Of a stretch of 64,000 nt of DNA, positions 43,990 through 58,259 are shown one piece after another. A program made the translations under genes and the position numbers. Each line of letters begins with the position of its first letter. The stretch's first letter is position 1. This stretch comes from the human T2T-CHM13v2.0 reference genome, Homo sapiens: the NCBI RefSeq assembly GCF_009914755.1, contig NC_060928.1, one strand, 5' to 3'. Under the pieces are notes generated by a model. The model was not told the origin of the DNA. It saw nothing but the letters and a program-made list of their open reading frames with translations, and made no database searches.

Positions 43990-44900
43990 GCATAGAGTTG
44001 GGGGAAAGACAGTTGGAGAGGCAGGTAGAGGGCAGGGCAAGCGGTTCCTTGTAGGCTAGGCACAAGAAAGCCATTATATAGTTCTGAGCAGGAGTGGAGT
44101 CTGTTTAAACTCCGTGTCTACAGAGATGGTAAGCGGTGAGGAAGCTATGGGGCCAAATAAAGACAGTGAGCAGTGAGGTTGTCAAAGAGCATTCTGGAGT
44201 TGGCTGGCTATGACTGGATGACAGGGGTAAGGAGTAGGGGAAGGGTTTGGGTTATCTGAGGGACTGGGAAGACAAGTCTGCTAGTTAGAGTGACATGAAT
44301 GTGGCTCAGTAGAAAATTCTGAATGGGAAACACAGAACCAGAAGCCATCACATATAGAGTTAAGAGTTGAAGACAGAGGCACTGGAATAATTTGTGTGAC
44401 AAAAATGAATCCAGTACATTAGTGGAATGGATAAAATATAATAATTATCTAACCACAAGGTGATGGAGACCTACATTAGGGTTGAGGATCACGAGGGAAA
44501 AAATGAGGAAAAGGATGTTGGAGACATTGAAAAAAAAACACTGACAAGGCTTGGTGACTGATGATAGAAAAGGTTTTGAGTCTGGTGGTCGGGAGAATGA
44601 AACACAGAACAAAGTTGAGAGGGAAAAATGAGAGTGAGTTCTGTTTGGGCATAGTGAGTTTAAGGTACATCCTGAAGTGGAGATTGTCTGGCAGCCACTG
44701 GAGAACTAGGACTGAGCTCAGGCCTGAGATACTGATTTCTTATTTTTTCCTTCTGTGACACTAGATTAGCCATGGAAGGAACAGCAGACAGACAGAGCAG
44801 ACAGCCCAGGAAGGAGACTTTGAGGACGCTGCATTTTGGACAGAAGGGCGAGGGAAGGAACATCGCAGCAGGAGGAAGCAATACAGGAAATAGAATTTTC
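43990..44900 (-). mobile_element. Degenerate L2 fragments
   Basis: gagagtgagttctgtttgggcatagtgagtttaaggtac and related reverse L2 blocks. Confidence 0.5.
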
Positions 44901-46581
44901 AAGAATCTGTGAAGCACCACAATACATTTACTATAATGAATTAAAAAAAATTGAAAAAATGTGTGAGATACATTCCTGGGGAAATCCATAGAGATAAGTC
45001 TGGAAGAACACATTATCAAACCTGTAATAGCAGTTACCCCTGGGGGAGAAAGGAGTGAATTAGAATCATGAAGCAAGAGAATCAAAGGGAACTTTAGCCA
45101 TCAGTGATGTATCAAATTTTTTAAGAAGAATGTATTTTCTAAATAATGAAAAAGTATTGGGAAAAGGAATAAATAGATAAGAAAGTACTTTTAGAATAGA
45201 ACAACTCTCATCTGAAACACACTGTCCCATGGTAAGATTTATTTTTAATATACATTGAAAAGTGATTTATTATGTTTCCCCCATTTATCTATCAAATTAA
45301 GAACACACCTGTAACATAAGCAGACATTTTCTTTATATATTCTTCATATTATTTTAGATAAATACTTGGCATAGTGGTAGCTATTTCTTTATTCTCATTA
45401 TAGAAAATAAAAACATTTAATATTAATCTCTTTATGAGACAACCGAGTACAAAACTTTCATTAATTGTCAGCTTATCTATAGTACCTTGAAAGAAGGCCA
45501 TGAAGTTCTGTTTACACTCAAACCTAATGACAATTTTCCTAGAATCACAGAGCTTGTCTTAATCCCAGTAGCAAACTGGTTAACTTTTCTGCTTACAAAC
45601 AATGGAACTATGATTTTTTATGAAATTTCCAAGATGTTTCAGCTTCTTCTTTCTGTTTTAACATCTCCCCGAAATACCGATTACTTCAATAACTTTTGAT
45701 GACAGTACAGTAAGCTACAAATTGGAATCCTGCCAGGATGAGAAAACAAAGAGCTTTTCCCCCTCTTCCTCTCCCTCCTTAGGAATCACCTTTCGTGAGA
45801 ACCTGACCTTTATTCCTGCCACCATGCTCTGATGTAGTCAAAGAAAAGTATGAAGGATAAAAATCTCTTAAAATGTAACAAACATTAACTCTCTCTACAG
45901 ACAGCATTGGCTTAATAACAATGGCTATATTTTAGCATTTCGTAATCAAGTGACATTCTTGTTAAAGCATATCCCTCCTCACTCCAACTTTGTTTGCATT
46001 TGTATTTGTTTAAACAGTATTATTGAGGTATATTTTACAAATCATAAAACCCACCTATTTCTACAATTCAGTGACTTTTAGTAACTTTACCAAGTGATAT
46101 TACCATTTAAGACTAGGACAAATAATAAATTGTTAAGTAGAAGATTTGGAGAAAGATTTTGTGGGCTCTGTGTATTTTCCACACATGCACATTTATTTTT
46201 TAATTTAAAATATATGAACTAGCCAATAACTTGTTCTGGCAAGTAACTGCAAATGAAAAGAGCTTCATAATTTCATTTTTGAAATAAAAATATGATTACG
46301 TTATGTTACACTTTTAACATGATTTGGTTACTTCAAAGATATATAAAGGATTTAAAATTTATTTTTAATTATCTCCAATTATCTTTTGATAATTTGTCTC
46401 ACAAGGAGGTAAATCAAATTAAAAAGTAAACATCTCTTCACAGATACAGTAGATCTATGGATAGAGACAGGAAGTTGAAAAAGTTTCTGTGTGATAGAGG
46501 TGGCCAGGTTAAACATGGATAATGTTGTTGTATCTAGACCTTTAAGGTTGTCTGGCTCTACTTTTAGAAACTAGAAAGTTG

Positions 46582-46750
46582 GGCTGGACATGGTGGTTCA
46601 TGCCTGTAATCCCAGCACTTTGAGAGGCCAAGGTGGTTAGATTGGTGGATCGCTTGAGCTCAGGAAGTCAAGGCTGCAGTGAGCTGAGATTGCACCACTG
46701 CACTCTAGCCTGGGCAATATAGTTAAAGCCTGTCTTAAAAAACAAACAAA
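46582..46750 (+). mobile_element. Alu monomer (FAM/FRAM-like or left-right recombinant AluJ)
   Basis: Left-arm start joined to right-arm end; aaactagaaa on both flanks. Confidence 0.78.
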
Positions 46751-46998
46751 CTAGAAAAAATATAAGAAATGTATAAATACAGCTATGCATTTGTTTTAAC
46801 TGGGGATAATATATGCCAACCAGAAGAACAAATAGTTGCTACAGCAATGGCTAGCTGTTCCTTCTCTCCATAACCTCACTTCTTGATTTGTATCTCAGAA
46901 ATACTGATTCATTCTCCAAAAGGAGAGTCTTGTTAACTTGGAAGCAGGAAACTTATTTTCATTTTCTGATTGGATGAATAAAAATTACATAAACAACA

Positions 46999-47312
46999 GG
47001 CCGGGTGCAGTGGCTCACGCCTGTAATCCCAGCACTTTGGGAGGCCGAGGCGGGTGGTTCAAGAGGTCAGGAGATCGCGACCATCCTGGCTAACACGGTG
47101 AAACCCCGTCTCTACTAAAAAAATACAAAAAAATTAGCTGGGCGTGGTGGCAGCCGCCTGTAGTCCCAGCTACTCAGGAGGCTGAGGCAGGAGAATGGCG
47201 TGAACCCAGGAGGCAGAGCTTGCAGTGAGCGGAGATTGCAGTGAGCAGAGATCGAGCCACTGCACTCCAGCCTGGGCAACTGAGTGAGACTCTGTCCCAA
47301 AAAAAAAAAAAA
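46999..47312 (+). mobile_element. AluY with internal 16-bp tandem duplication
   Basis: accatcctggctaacacggtg and gaatggcgtg diagnostics; ttgcagtgagc(g/a)gaga twice at 47220-47251; TSD aaaaattacataaac(a/c)aca. Confidence 0.92.
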
Positions 47313-47899
47313 TTACATAAACCACAAACATTTGAATTTTTCTTTTTACTATTTCACTTAAGGCATTTTTGACATAATTCTTTACAAGGTAATCTGGCAA
47401 AATAACATTGACACTAGCTCTTGTCACCTAGCCACTTGACTCTGATTTTAAAGAGGACCAGTATTTTGTATCTGTGCCCCTTACTCTTTTCCAACTGTTC
47501 CTCATTGGCCAAGGCTAATTCTTCTATTGCTTATGACCTTCTCTCTCCACCATGCAGAAGGTGTCCTGCCTAGCACTGTTTGTTCACATAAGCTATAATG
47601 TGGAAAGTGTCCTTGTGGTTGTACAGCGCTCAAGCTGCGTTACACAAGATATGGCCAGCTGGTCTCTGGATTCCCTCCTGTAGGTCCTTGTTCTATTACC
47701 TCCTGGCTTGCAACATCAGCTTCTCCTCTCCACTGGCTCTGCCCATTAAGCGTCTAAACGTGCCTACATTTGATTCATTAAAATATTTAAAAACCCCAGA
47801 TGAAACACAATAAACACTGAAAAACTCCAACCCTTTCTGGACCAAGCCCTCCTGTAAGCAGTAGTCTATTCTCTCCCACACCTTCAAGGGACAAAGACT

Positions 47900-49400
47900 C
47901 ATCCACACCTGCTCATTCTCAGTAAGTGACAATGACTTCGGGAAGGCTCTTACTTGCGCTGAATTGCTCCAAAGGCCTGCTTGCTGGTCTACCAGCACCT
48001 CTTACTTTCATCTTTCCTTGTTCCTTTCCTTTCCATGGTTGTCATGGGATCTTTGATAAGATACAAATGAATTTATATCATTTTTCTACTTATATTCCTA
48101 GAATTACTCCCTATTGTTTTCAAGAGAAAATCCAAATATGGGATATAGTTTTTCATGATCTGACCTATTTAGCTTAGTCTCTTAATTCACCTTTACCTTC
48201 CCCTACATTCTACATTGTAAACTGCAGATGTCCTGAATCCACTGCTACACTTGCAGTTCTCCCCCAAATTGTCCTCACTGCCCTGAACGTCCTCACATTT
48301 GTTGCTTTTTCTTCCAGGGGCACCCTTATCTCTATTTCCCTGCCTGATAAACTCATATGTGTTTTGTATTGTATTTGAATTGTATTTTATGTTTCTATGT
48401 ATTTTGAATTGTATTTTATGTTTCTCAAGAGAAGCGCCTGAATCTTATTTATGATTTCAGTGTCTAGTACATAATAGGCATGTAGTAAATGTGTCTTTAA
48501 GGCAAATTATTGAATTTTCATTCATTCATCTTCTATCTCCCCAAGTGGGAGATTTACATCTTTCTAGTAAATGCCATATAACTAGATTTCAATAAAGATT
48601 AACACCTGTTGAAGGAACCAACACTGCAATTGCCTCCCAACTCTACCTCTTCTAATCTATCCTGCACACTGATGGAAGGTTACTTTTCCTAATATACTAA
48701 CTCCCTATGGTATCTATCACCTCCCCTACCCAGCTCAAACTTTCATTGGCTTCGTATTACCTCTGGGATAAAATCGAGGTTCTCCTATTTCGGTTCTTTT
48801 GCATTTGCTATTATCTCTGCCTGGAATGCTCTTTCCTTGATTTTTACAGACTTTCTCCCCCTCCTTATGTCTCAGAACAAACTTTCCCTGACTACTCAAA
48901 CTAAAATGATCTTTGCATCAGTCTATTAAACTGTTATAATTTCTTAATATCTTTCATTTATTAGAGCTGAAATCATCTTCCTCACAGTCTTTTTTTCTAT
49001 CATCTCTCTCTATTGCTTTCCTTATTAGAATGTACGGTTCCTTAACACAGGGGCCTCGTTGGTTTTGTTCATTGCTCTGCATCTCCAGTCTTAAAGCAGT
49101 TCGGGGAACCAGAGGTTAACCACCCAAACATTTGTTCAACGAATGAAAGAATGAAAAAATACATGAACCAGGCATTCAAGGTCCTCTATGACCTGGCCTC
49201 ACTCCACCTTTCCAGCCTTATCTCCAACTAATTCCAGTTTACAATTTCCAAAATACCTGTTATACCTCCTAAGTAAGCATATCTACAATACTCTTGTCTT
49301 CTTTCTCTTCCTATCTAAATTATCTTTATCATCTTCGCCATCTAAATTATCTTCATCAGATCCAGCCCAAATGCTATGTCTTCTATAAGGCAATACAAAG
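47900..49400 (+). mobile_element. Several degenerate L2 fragments
   Basis: L2-type blocks and tails (aaacatttgttcaacgaatgaaagaatgaa). Confidence 0.5.
48370..48425. repeat. Near-perfect ~28-bp tandem duplication
   Basis: tgtattt(t)gaattgtattttatgtttct twice. Confidence 0.85.
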
Positions 49401-49545
49401 TGGCAAGCTCCTTAACTAAATTATTTCTCTGTTTAATGTCTTCTTTCAACTTCCTGGAGTATTTTTATTTTAAAAATAGGTTATAAGTTATAATAGAAGA
49501 TATTATTAAAATGAAAATTATATAATTTCTGGAATTATAGTAATT

Positions 49546-49589
49546 CTAGTAGTAAATAAAATTCAAGCTAGTAGTAAATAAAATTCAAG
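49546..49589. repeat. Perfect 22-bp tandem duplication
   Basis: ctagtagtaaataaaattcaag twice. Confidence 0.95.
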
Positions 49590-49608
49590 CCCAAATTTAC
49601 CTATTTTA

Positions 49609-49958
<350 letters not shown>

Positions 49959-50365
49959 TTATAATGTGCAACATACTGGTTAAAAAGCAACATTCAAAAT
50001 TAGTTTGTGAGAGTTGGTTCTAGTGACAACTTCGATCTCCACTTTAAATTGCAGATATTTTCTACTGAACATGCTATGAAAAAGCATCCAAAAATAACAA
50101 TTCAACTTTAACTGTGAGCCTAACATAACTTCTGTTGATTAAATCACTTGTTTTAATCTGGAAAACAAAACAACTAGAATGCTTCTGTGATAAGAACTAT
50201 TAGTCAGAAAATTCTCAAAACATAGAGTGAATTTTAAGTATCTTTACTGATCTATATCCTGTAAACTCCAGTGGCAGATCAATGCAGAAATACCTACATA
50301 TGCGGGCCTAAACATAAGAGCGAATAATGCAATATGGATTGTGTAGATAAAGAAAACATGCCAAC

Positions 50366-50529
50366 CTGGGTACCAACTTGGCACTAATAGCACCCTCTGC
50401 TGAATTCATGTCTTCCAAGCAGGCTTTTCTATAACTTAGCCGCAAGCTGAGCTGAGGAATGCCATCAGATAGCTCTGGTTGCAGTACTCTGTGGGCCTGA
50501 ATAGATCCCTCACTCCTGGATTTTGGGAT
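50366..50529 (-). CDS. FAM13A: FAM13A internal coding exon of the long (RhoGAP-containing) isoform, 164 nt, phase 0 to phase 2
   Basis: Minus strand reads ttttcttctag|ATC CCA AAA TCC...GTA CCC AG|gttggc. It translates to IPKSRSEGSIQAHRVLQPELSDGIPQLSLRLSYRKACLEDMNSAEGAISAKLVP(S), matching the FAM13A sequence I recall. Poly-T acceptor tract; the end phase fits the 4365-4406 exon. Confidence 0.96.
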
Positions 50530-51505
50530 CTAGAAGAAAAAAAAAAGAGGGGTGGGGGAGAGCTAGATAAATGTTAAAGTCTTTCAAATTAAGTTTATGA
50601 TAAAAGACAATTTATTCCAATTTTGCAATAATCCAATTTATAACACCCCAGAAAAATATCAAGCTAAAAATTAAATTTAAACTACATATAAAAATGATAT
50701 AGCAAAGGGCACAGGGAAGGGGAGATACAAATATTTCCAAGGAGAACATTCAAACCTTATATACCCTACCGAGAACATTTCTATTCTGGCAGAAATCTTC
50801 CCCAGGCCCACCCCTCCTTAGAATAATCATTCTATGTAATGAGAAATGATATGGGAGTATGTCAGACTGGCAACTTGGATTGAAGGAAATAAAAAATAGT
50901 TGGAAGGAGGCAGGAAAAAAAAGAGCTAAGAACCACTGGAATAAAGGATGCCAGTGTCTGAAAGGTATTCAGAAATATTTACTACCAATAAGCAAAACAC
51001 AAATTTGCTGATGGTTTCTATTGTAGCCCTCTTTTGTAGGGCAAAGTAAGATCTAATAAAATTTTGGTTAAGGTAATAAATAGGAAAAACACAAGCTTTT
51101 TAGTTTTCTTTTATCTTGGAATGCATGGGTAATATATGTCCCAAATGAATCCCGGGGGTACTGACTTCTCAGACTGTGTCTGAAGTTATGTTCCCTCTAG
51201 CCACCAAAATACCTTCATGTTCTCTTATTTTAGATCAGAATGAATATGAATACAATCAATATTCTTTTCCTTTAAAATGTAAAAAATATTATGCCAGAAT
51301 TGTAGGAAAAATTAGAAACCTCGGATCAATTGTATTTGGTACACTGGAAGCTTTTTCTTGTCTCTAGGATTTTTCCCATGCTTGTCCTTACATCTGGAAT
51401 GTCATGTGCTCATTGCTGGCCACTCAACTGCTTAAAACCAAACCAATCCTAACTTCCTTAGAGGCTGAGATAACTCCAGTGGACTTTCTCTAACTAACTT
51501 CAGGT

Positions 51506-51807
51506 CTTTTTTTTTTTTTTTTGAGACAGAGTCTCGCTCTGTCACCCAGGCTGCTGTAGTGCAGTGGCGTGATCTTGGCTTACTGCAACCCCCACCTCCT
51601 GGGTTCAAGCGATTCTCCTTCCTCAGCCTCCTGAGTAGGTGGGATTACAGGCATGCACCAACAAGTCAGGGTAATTTTTGTATTTTTTGTAGGGATGTGG
51701 TTTCACCATGTTGGCCTGGCCAGTCTCAAACTCCTGACTTCAAGTTATCTGCCCACCTCGGCCTCCCAAAGTGCTGGGATTACAGGCTTGAGCCACGGCG
51801 CCTGGAC
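51506..51807 (-). mobile_element. AluS
   Basis: Reverse Alu; TSD taacttcaggtctt. Confidence 0.92.
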
Positions 51808-52561
51808 TTAACTTCAGGTCTTAATGACCTTTCCCAATTCTGAATTTCCATAACACACTACCACATAGTCTACCCTTGATTACACATTGCCTGATACTTT
51901 AATCTAAGTTTTCTCATGTTTCTAGGTCATATGGTCTCAATGGGTTCTCTGCAAATAGAGATCATAGTCTCCTCCTATTGTTTATCTCTTTCTCTCTCCT
52001 TTCTTTTATTCTTCTTATTAACATTTTTACCATAAAGTCTAGCAAAGTTTTGGATCTATTAGTAAATACTTATTGTGAGACAATCCACTTGTCAACCACA
52101 AGGTATTCTTAAGACATTGACTATCCCAGAGGATAGTTAATAAAACAGATAATTTTTAAAAGTAATATGGGAATAATTATGAACATAAATATTGAATAAA
52201 TTCATGCCTCTATGAAGATTATATAAAAACAATATATGAAGAAATATGTATAATTATGACTTGTCAACTAAAAATAACATTAATTTACAAAACCAAACAA
52301 CACACGCAAACAAAATATATGAACATAATTTGGCAAAAAGGTATATTTAGGATAGAGCAAAGTGAACTCAATAAAAGCTAGTTTTTATTATTATTGTTGT
52401 TACATAAAATTTGCCCAAATCTGGTGACTGACAATTAATTTTTCATGACATTTCTTTGCAGAGCATTCTTAAGCTCATAAAATCAGGAAAGCAAGGAAAA
52501 AATTTTTAAATATTATAAACGTACAAAAACACTTCTGTAGTCCATATTTGCTGAGACTGAC

Positions 52562-52730
52562 TTTTTTATTGACAAAAATTATATATATTCATCCTGTACA
52601 ACATGTTGTTCTGAAATATGTATACACTGTGGAACAGTTAAACAGATAATTAACATATGCGTTACCTCACATACATTTTTTGTGGTGAGAAAACTTAAAA
52701 TCTACTCTTTTAGCAATTTTCAAGAATACC
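52562..52730 (-). mobile_element. L1MA-type 3' terminus
   Basis: aattatatatattcatcctgtacaacatg...taacatatgcgttacctcacatac...aaaatctactcttttagcaattttcaagaatac. Confidence 0.78.
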
Positions 52731-52995
52731 AAGAATACTTTTTTAAAAAAACATTAATAGCAAGAACATGAAAGTAAAAATATACGCTGTTATATATTTC
52801 ATTAAGGAGCTCCTTTTGCATGTGATTATTTTTCATAAGAGTAGACATGAAAAATCAATAAAACCACTGAAAATGCAGTAAGATTTCAAACTAATTAGCC
52901 AAAAATCTCACATTTAGATTTAGTTCCCTGCCCATATTAAAGCAAGCACAAGGACAGTTGTTTGACAACATTTCATGGTGTTAAAATGAGGAGAC

Positions 52996-53530
52996 TGTGA
53001 TGGTTAATACTGAGTGTCAACTTGATTGAAGGATGCAAAGTACTGTTCCTGGGTGTGTCTGTGAGTCAGTGGACTCCATTTGAGTCAGTGGACTGGGAAG
53101 AGCAGACCCACCCTCAGTCTAGGTCGACACCATCTAGTCAGCTGCCAGCTCAGCTAGGATAAAAGCAGGCAGAGGAACGTGGAAGGACTAGACTGGCTGA
53201 GTGTTCAAGCCTCCATCTTTCTCCTGTGCTGGATGCTTCCTGCCCTTGAACATCAGACTCCAAGTTCTTCGGCTTTTGGACTCTTGGACTTACACCAGTG
53301 GTTTGCCAGGGGCTCTTGGGCCTTTGGCCACAGATTGAAGGCTCCACTATCGGCTTCCCTACTTTTGAGGTTTTGGGACTCAGACTGGCTTCCTAGCTCC
53401 TTAGCTTGCAGACAGCCTATTGTGGGACTTCACCTTGTGATCGTGTGAGTCAATTCTCCTAATAAACTCCTCTTCATAATAAACATCTATCCTATTAGTT
53501 CTGTCCCTCTAGTGAACCCTGACTAATATA
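52996..53530 (+). mobile_element. MLT2A1/A2 (ERVL) solo LTR
   Basis: tgtgatggttaatactgagtgtcaacttg...ctgtgctggatgcttcctgcccttgaacatc...ctattagttctgtccctctagtgaaccctgactaata. Confidence 0.9.
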
Positions 53531-54239
53531 AAAGAAAACTCCATGCTTTTATAAAACATATTCTAATCGAGGGGAAGACAGACAAGAAGTGGGCCCAGGA
53601 GGCCATTTAGACCCACCTTATCTCAGCAAGAGTTGCTTAGTGGCTCCATGAGGCTCAGGCAAGCCCTGCTAGTCAGGGACTCCAAATCGCGCCAACAGCC
53701 TTACCGTAATAAATGGAGTGAATGTGCTGGAAAGACATACCTGCAGCCTCTCTCATAACATGTGGCTGAAGCAGCAAAATGGCCAAGGGTTGGGGATACA
53801 GACTGGGGAGGCCAGCTTTCTCTTTCCACTGTAGTTATAACTGACATCCACTAGTTCACACCACACTTTGCTTCTTTCTTTTACTCATTTCTTCATTTAT
53901 TTGATCATTTAGTAACTTTTGTATGTGAAGGTAAAAACTATAAAATCCCCCAAACCATCTATGATGAACACTTTGCTCATAAGAATTCTGCCACTGGCTA
54001 TTTGAGATAAAGATCTACGTATACGCTGTGTGATTTATGTGTACAACTAAAATACAAACAATTACAGGAATCTCAAAAAGAATACATTCCATGCATGTAT
54101 CTGCAAGTGCGCAGTAGCTCTAATTGTGGCATTTTTAAGGTGCTTTAGTATTTAACATGCCATGGGAATAAAAACAAATGAATGTTCTTTGAGACAGTAA
54201 AATTAGAAAACATTCTCTTAAATCCTGGTGCTGCTGCTG

Positions 54240-54480
54240 TTATAATTAATATTTACTGAGCACTTATTCTGTGCCAGGCATGGTTCCAAGAGATTTACAT
54301 AAACCAACCCATTTAATTCTCAAAACCACCCAAGGAGTCAAGAGCTGTTATTATTATCATTTGAAAGATGAGGAAACTGAGGCACAAAAAATTTCATTTG
54401 TTCCGAGGAGTAAGTGGCAGAGTTACCATCAGAACCCAGATAGGCCTCAGTACCTGTGCTTAACCACTAGTCTATATACT
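54240..54480 (-). mobile_element. MIR
   Basis: atttactgagcacttattctgtgccaggc...agatgaggaaactgaggcaca. Confidence 0.8.
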
Positions 54481-55500
54481 TGGTTACATGTTAAATGTTG
54501 GAATTGCAAGAATAAATGGCATTTTAAATGAAATTCATACTACCTACCATAATGCAACGATTTTCTTTTTTCTTTTTTGGGTATTAGAAGTTAAATTTTT
54601 CTTTTCTTTCAATTTATTTCTCTGGCACCTGTTGAAGCATTCTAGAAACATAGCCTTAGGAAAAAAATCAAATTTGAGGACAAAACTAGATGGAAGATAT
54701 GTTCATCATATTTTTATTTATAATAGAATGAAAATGTAAGCATTCTAAATAACCAAATTACTATCATACGTAAATTATGGCATATACACATGATAAAGGA
54801 TTACCCAGCCATTAAAATACTTACAAAGTTTTAAATAAGATAGTAAAGTACTTTTTATGAGATACAGTATGAGCTAGTTTAGCAAATAAAAAAGCAAAAG
54901 GAGGTAGATATATACCTCCAATAAAACTAGGGTCATCATACTTAAAACACACAATAATTTGTTTTGAAAGCCAAAAAACAAATTGTCACAGTCAACACTA
55001 AAAATATTTTAAGATGGTCTAATCTTTAAAAATTGAATAAGGAACCCATCACCAAAAAAAAAAAAAATATGTGATACCAGGCACTAATTAACCCTGATAA
55101 ATTAATGTGACTGAAAATAAAAAAGACATTAAAATATCATGCCTCAATCTTAATTTTTATACATTGCCATCATAGAACTGTGATGATACAACAGTAAGCT
55201 GTAAGGCTCTCTGTTCCACAGGAGAGTGTAGAGTACGAATTATCTGCCATGCTAAGTGGACATGAAGCAGGAGGGGTTTCGTTTACTGGACAGCTTCTTT
55301 TCATTGTGGAGGAGTAGAAGGTTTCTCCACTTAAAAGTTTCTTCCCAGAAAAGTAATGTGCTTGTGAGTCAACTGCAGGAAAATTTAAAATAATAATTTA
55401 GTAAGCTATTATGAGACAGTATTGTTAGTAAGTAATTTTTAAAAGCTTAGGCATAATAAACTGATAGTTTAGACTTAGGAGTCACCCTAAGCACTGTTCA

Positions 55501-55898
<398 letters not shown>

Positions 55899-56564
55899 CT
55901 AACTGTGTTCTTTTCATGGACTCCATATTCTTCATCAGGTACTCTGAGAAGTGATTAGGAAAGGACAGAAAATTATATTCAAGGCTTAAATGATTATGAA
56001 AGATTGAGATCGAAGGACAAAAGAAGTAGCACTAACTTTTAACACTTAGATTTTCTCAAGAAAGTTAACCAGTCCTCCTCATTCTCTTTGGCCTTTTCTC
56101 TCCTCCACCTGTCACTTGTATGGAAGATGGCAAAGCTTCTTGCCTCTCTTTCATGTTCGTTAAACTCATAATCTTCATAAGAAGAAATGTGAAATAACAA
56201 AGTATCAGAAAAGAGATGCTTAGTTCTGAATTTACAAAAAAAAGATACATAGTTTTAATTTAAAGACCACAAAAACTCCAAATCATAAAAAAGCCTTTGT
56301 TTTTGCTTAAAAAAAGTTTCATTTAGCTTTCCAAAAAAGAGATTTGTTTACTAAACTGCTGCTACTCTCCTCATAGATAATTTAATGAATCTCTCCTGTG
56401 CCAGCCACAGTGCTAGCTAATTAATGTTCCATTTTTTTTTCTGAGAAAATTATTAACATGCTTTAGGGAATATATATTTTTAGGAGGGGAGTAGTTTCTT
56501 ACACATGCTTATCTTTTTTTGTAATAGTAAAAATGGGACAATGTTAAACAGTTATAACTAATTA

Positions 56565-56997
<433 letters not shown>

Positions 56998-57779
56998 TTA
57001 TCTTGAAATATAAGAGATCAAATCAATTACAGGTTCACAGTGTGGCCCAAGCAAGTAACACTCCTTAGTTCTTTGTTTTCCTCAACTCTGCCCCTCTCAG
57101 CTCCTCTCTCTTCTGCAAACTGGGAAGTGCCATTCCAGCAGAAATGTTTGTGGGTTTTGTTAACTGCTATAGCCCTGCCTCATAGAATAGCACTTAGCAA
57201 ACAGTAGGTGACCACTAAATGTCTGTATAATGACTAAGAAACTAAATAATAGCATCTACTTTCTTCCTAGAAACATTGAAATGTTAACAATCAGCTGATA
57301 CTATAAAATATATTAATTCTATTGTGTAAACATTGCTCTTATTTTAGAACTTTCATTTATATTCAATTTCAAAATCTGCCACTTAAAAATAGTTACGGTA
57401 CAGAGATCACAAGAATCTGAATTTATAGAGTAAAAGAATTATTAATGCATGACTATGAGTCAAGAAACTACATTGGCTCTAACTATATGGCCCCATGGTA
57501 GAGCCCCATGTCCTGAGACTTGGGCTCAAGGAAGCCTCACCTTTTAGAAGCTACTCAGGTAAATCTGTACATGGTAGTAGGGTGAGGTTTCTTATTAATC
57601 TCGACACAGTTCCATCTGCTATTTTACAAAGTTATTTGCTCAATTCTCTGACTTTAAGTCTTTTATCAGGAAAAAATTCAGTCAAAAAGTAATCGTTTAT
57701 ACTGAGCAGTGTAGGAATTAAGGTAGAAGACTTTAACAAATTTTCATTCTGTTACATAAAATTTTGCAGTAAAACATTT

Positions 57780-58258
57780 CATTTTGTATACTAATGTTCA
57801 CAGCTGCAATATTCATGGTAGGCAAAAAGTAGAAACAACTCAAATGTCCATCAACTGACATATGGATAAGCAAAATGTGGTATATCTGTAGGATGGAATA
57901 CGATCAGTAATGAAAGGAATGAAGTACATGATAGAGCATAGATGAATCCTGAAAACATTATGCCAAGTGAAAGGAGGCAGAAACAAAAGGACACATATTG
58001 TATAATTCCATTGGCAGGAAATGTCTAGAACACGCAAATCCAGAGAGACAAAAAATAGATTAGTGGCTGGCAGGGGATGGAGGAGGGGAAGTAACTGCAA
58101 ATGGGTATGGGGTTTCTTTTGAGGGTAATGAAATGTTCTGGAATTAGATATTGTTGATGGTTGCACAACTTTGTAAATACATGAAAAACCACTGAATTGT
58201 AACCTTAAAAGGGTGAGTTTTACAGTATATAAATTATATCTCAATAAAGCTGTTACAA
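57780..58258 (+). mobile_element. L1MB/ME-like 3' UTR
   Basis: aaacaactcaaatgtccatcaactga...aaatgttctggaattagata...tatatctcaataaagctgtt. Confidence 0.82.
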
Positions 58259-58259
58259 C

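Noticed and set aside
55165-55372. Good minus-strand acceptor (ttttcctgcag) followed by ~65 open codons
   Set aside because: No convincing donor, an in-frame stop, and no match to the FAM13A protein I recall.
56065-56250. Exon-like purine-rich ORF on the minus strand
   Set aside because: No clear acceptor/donor pair and no recognisable product.
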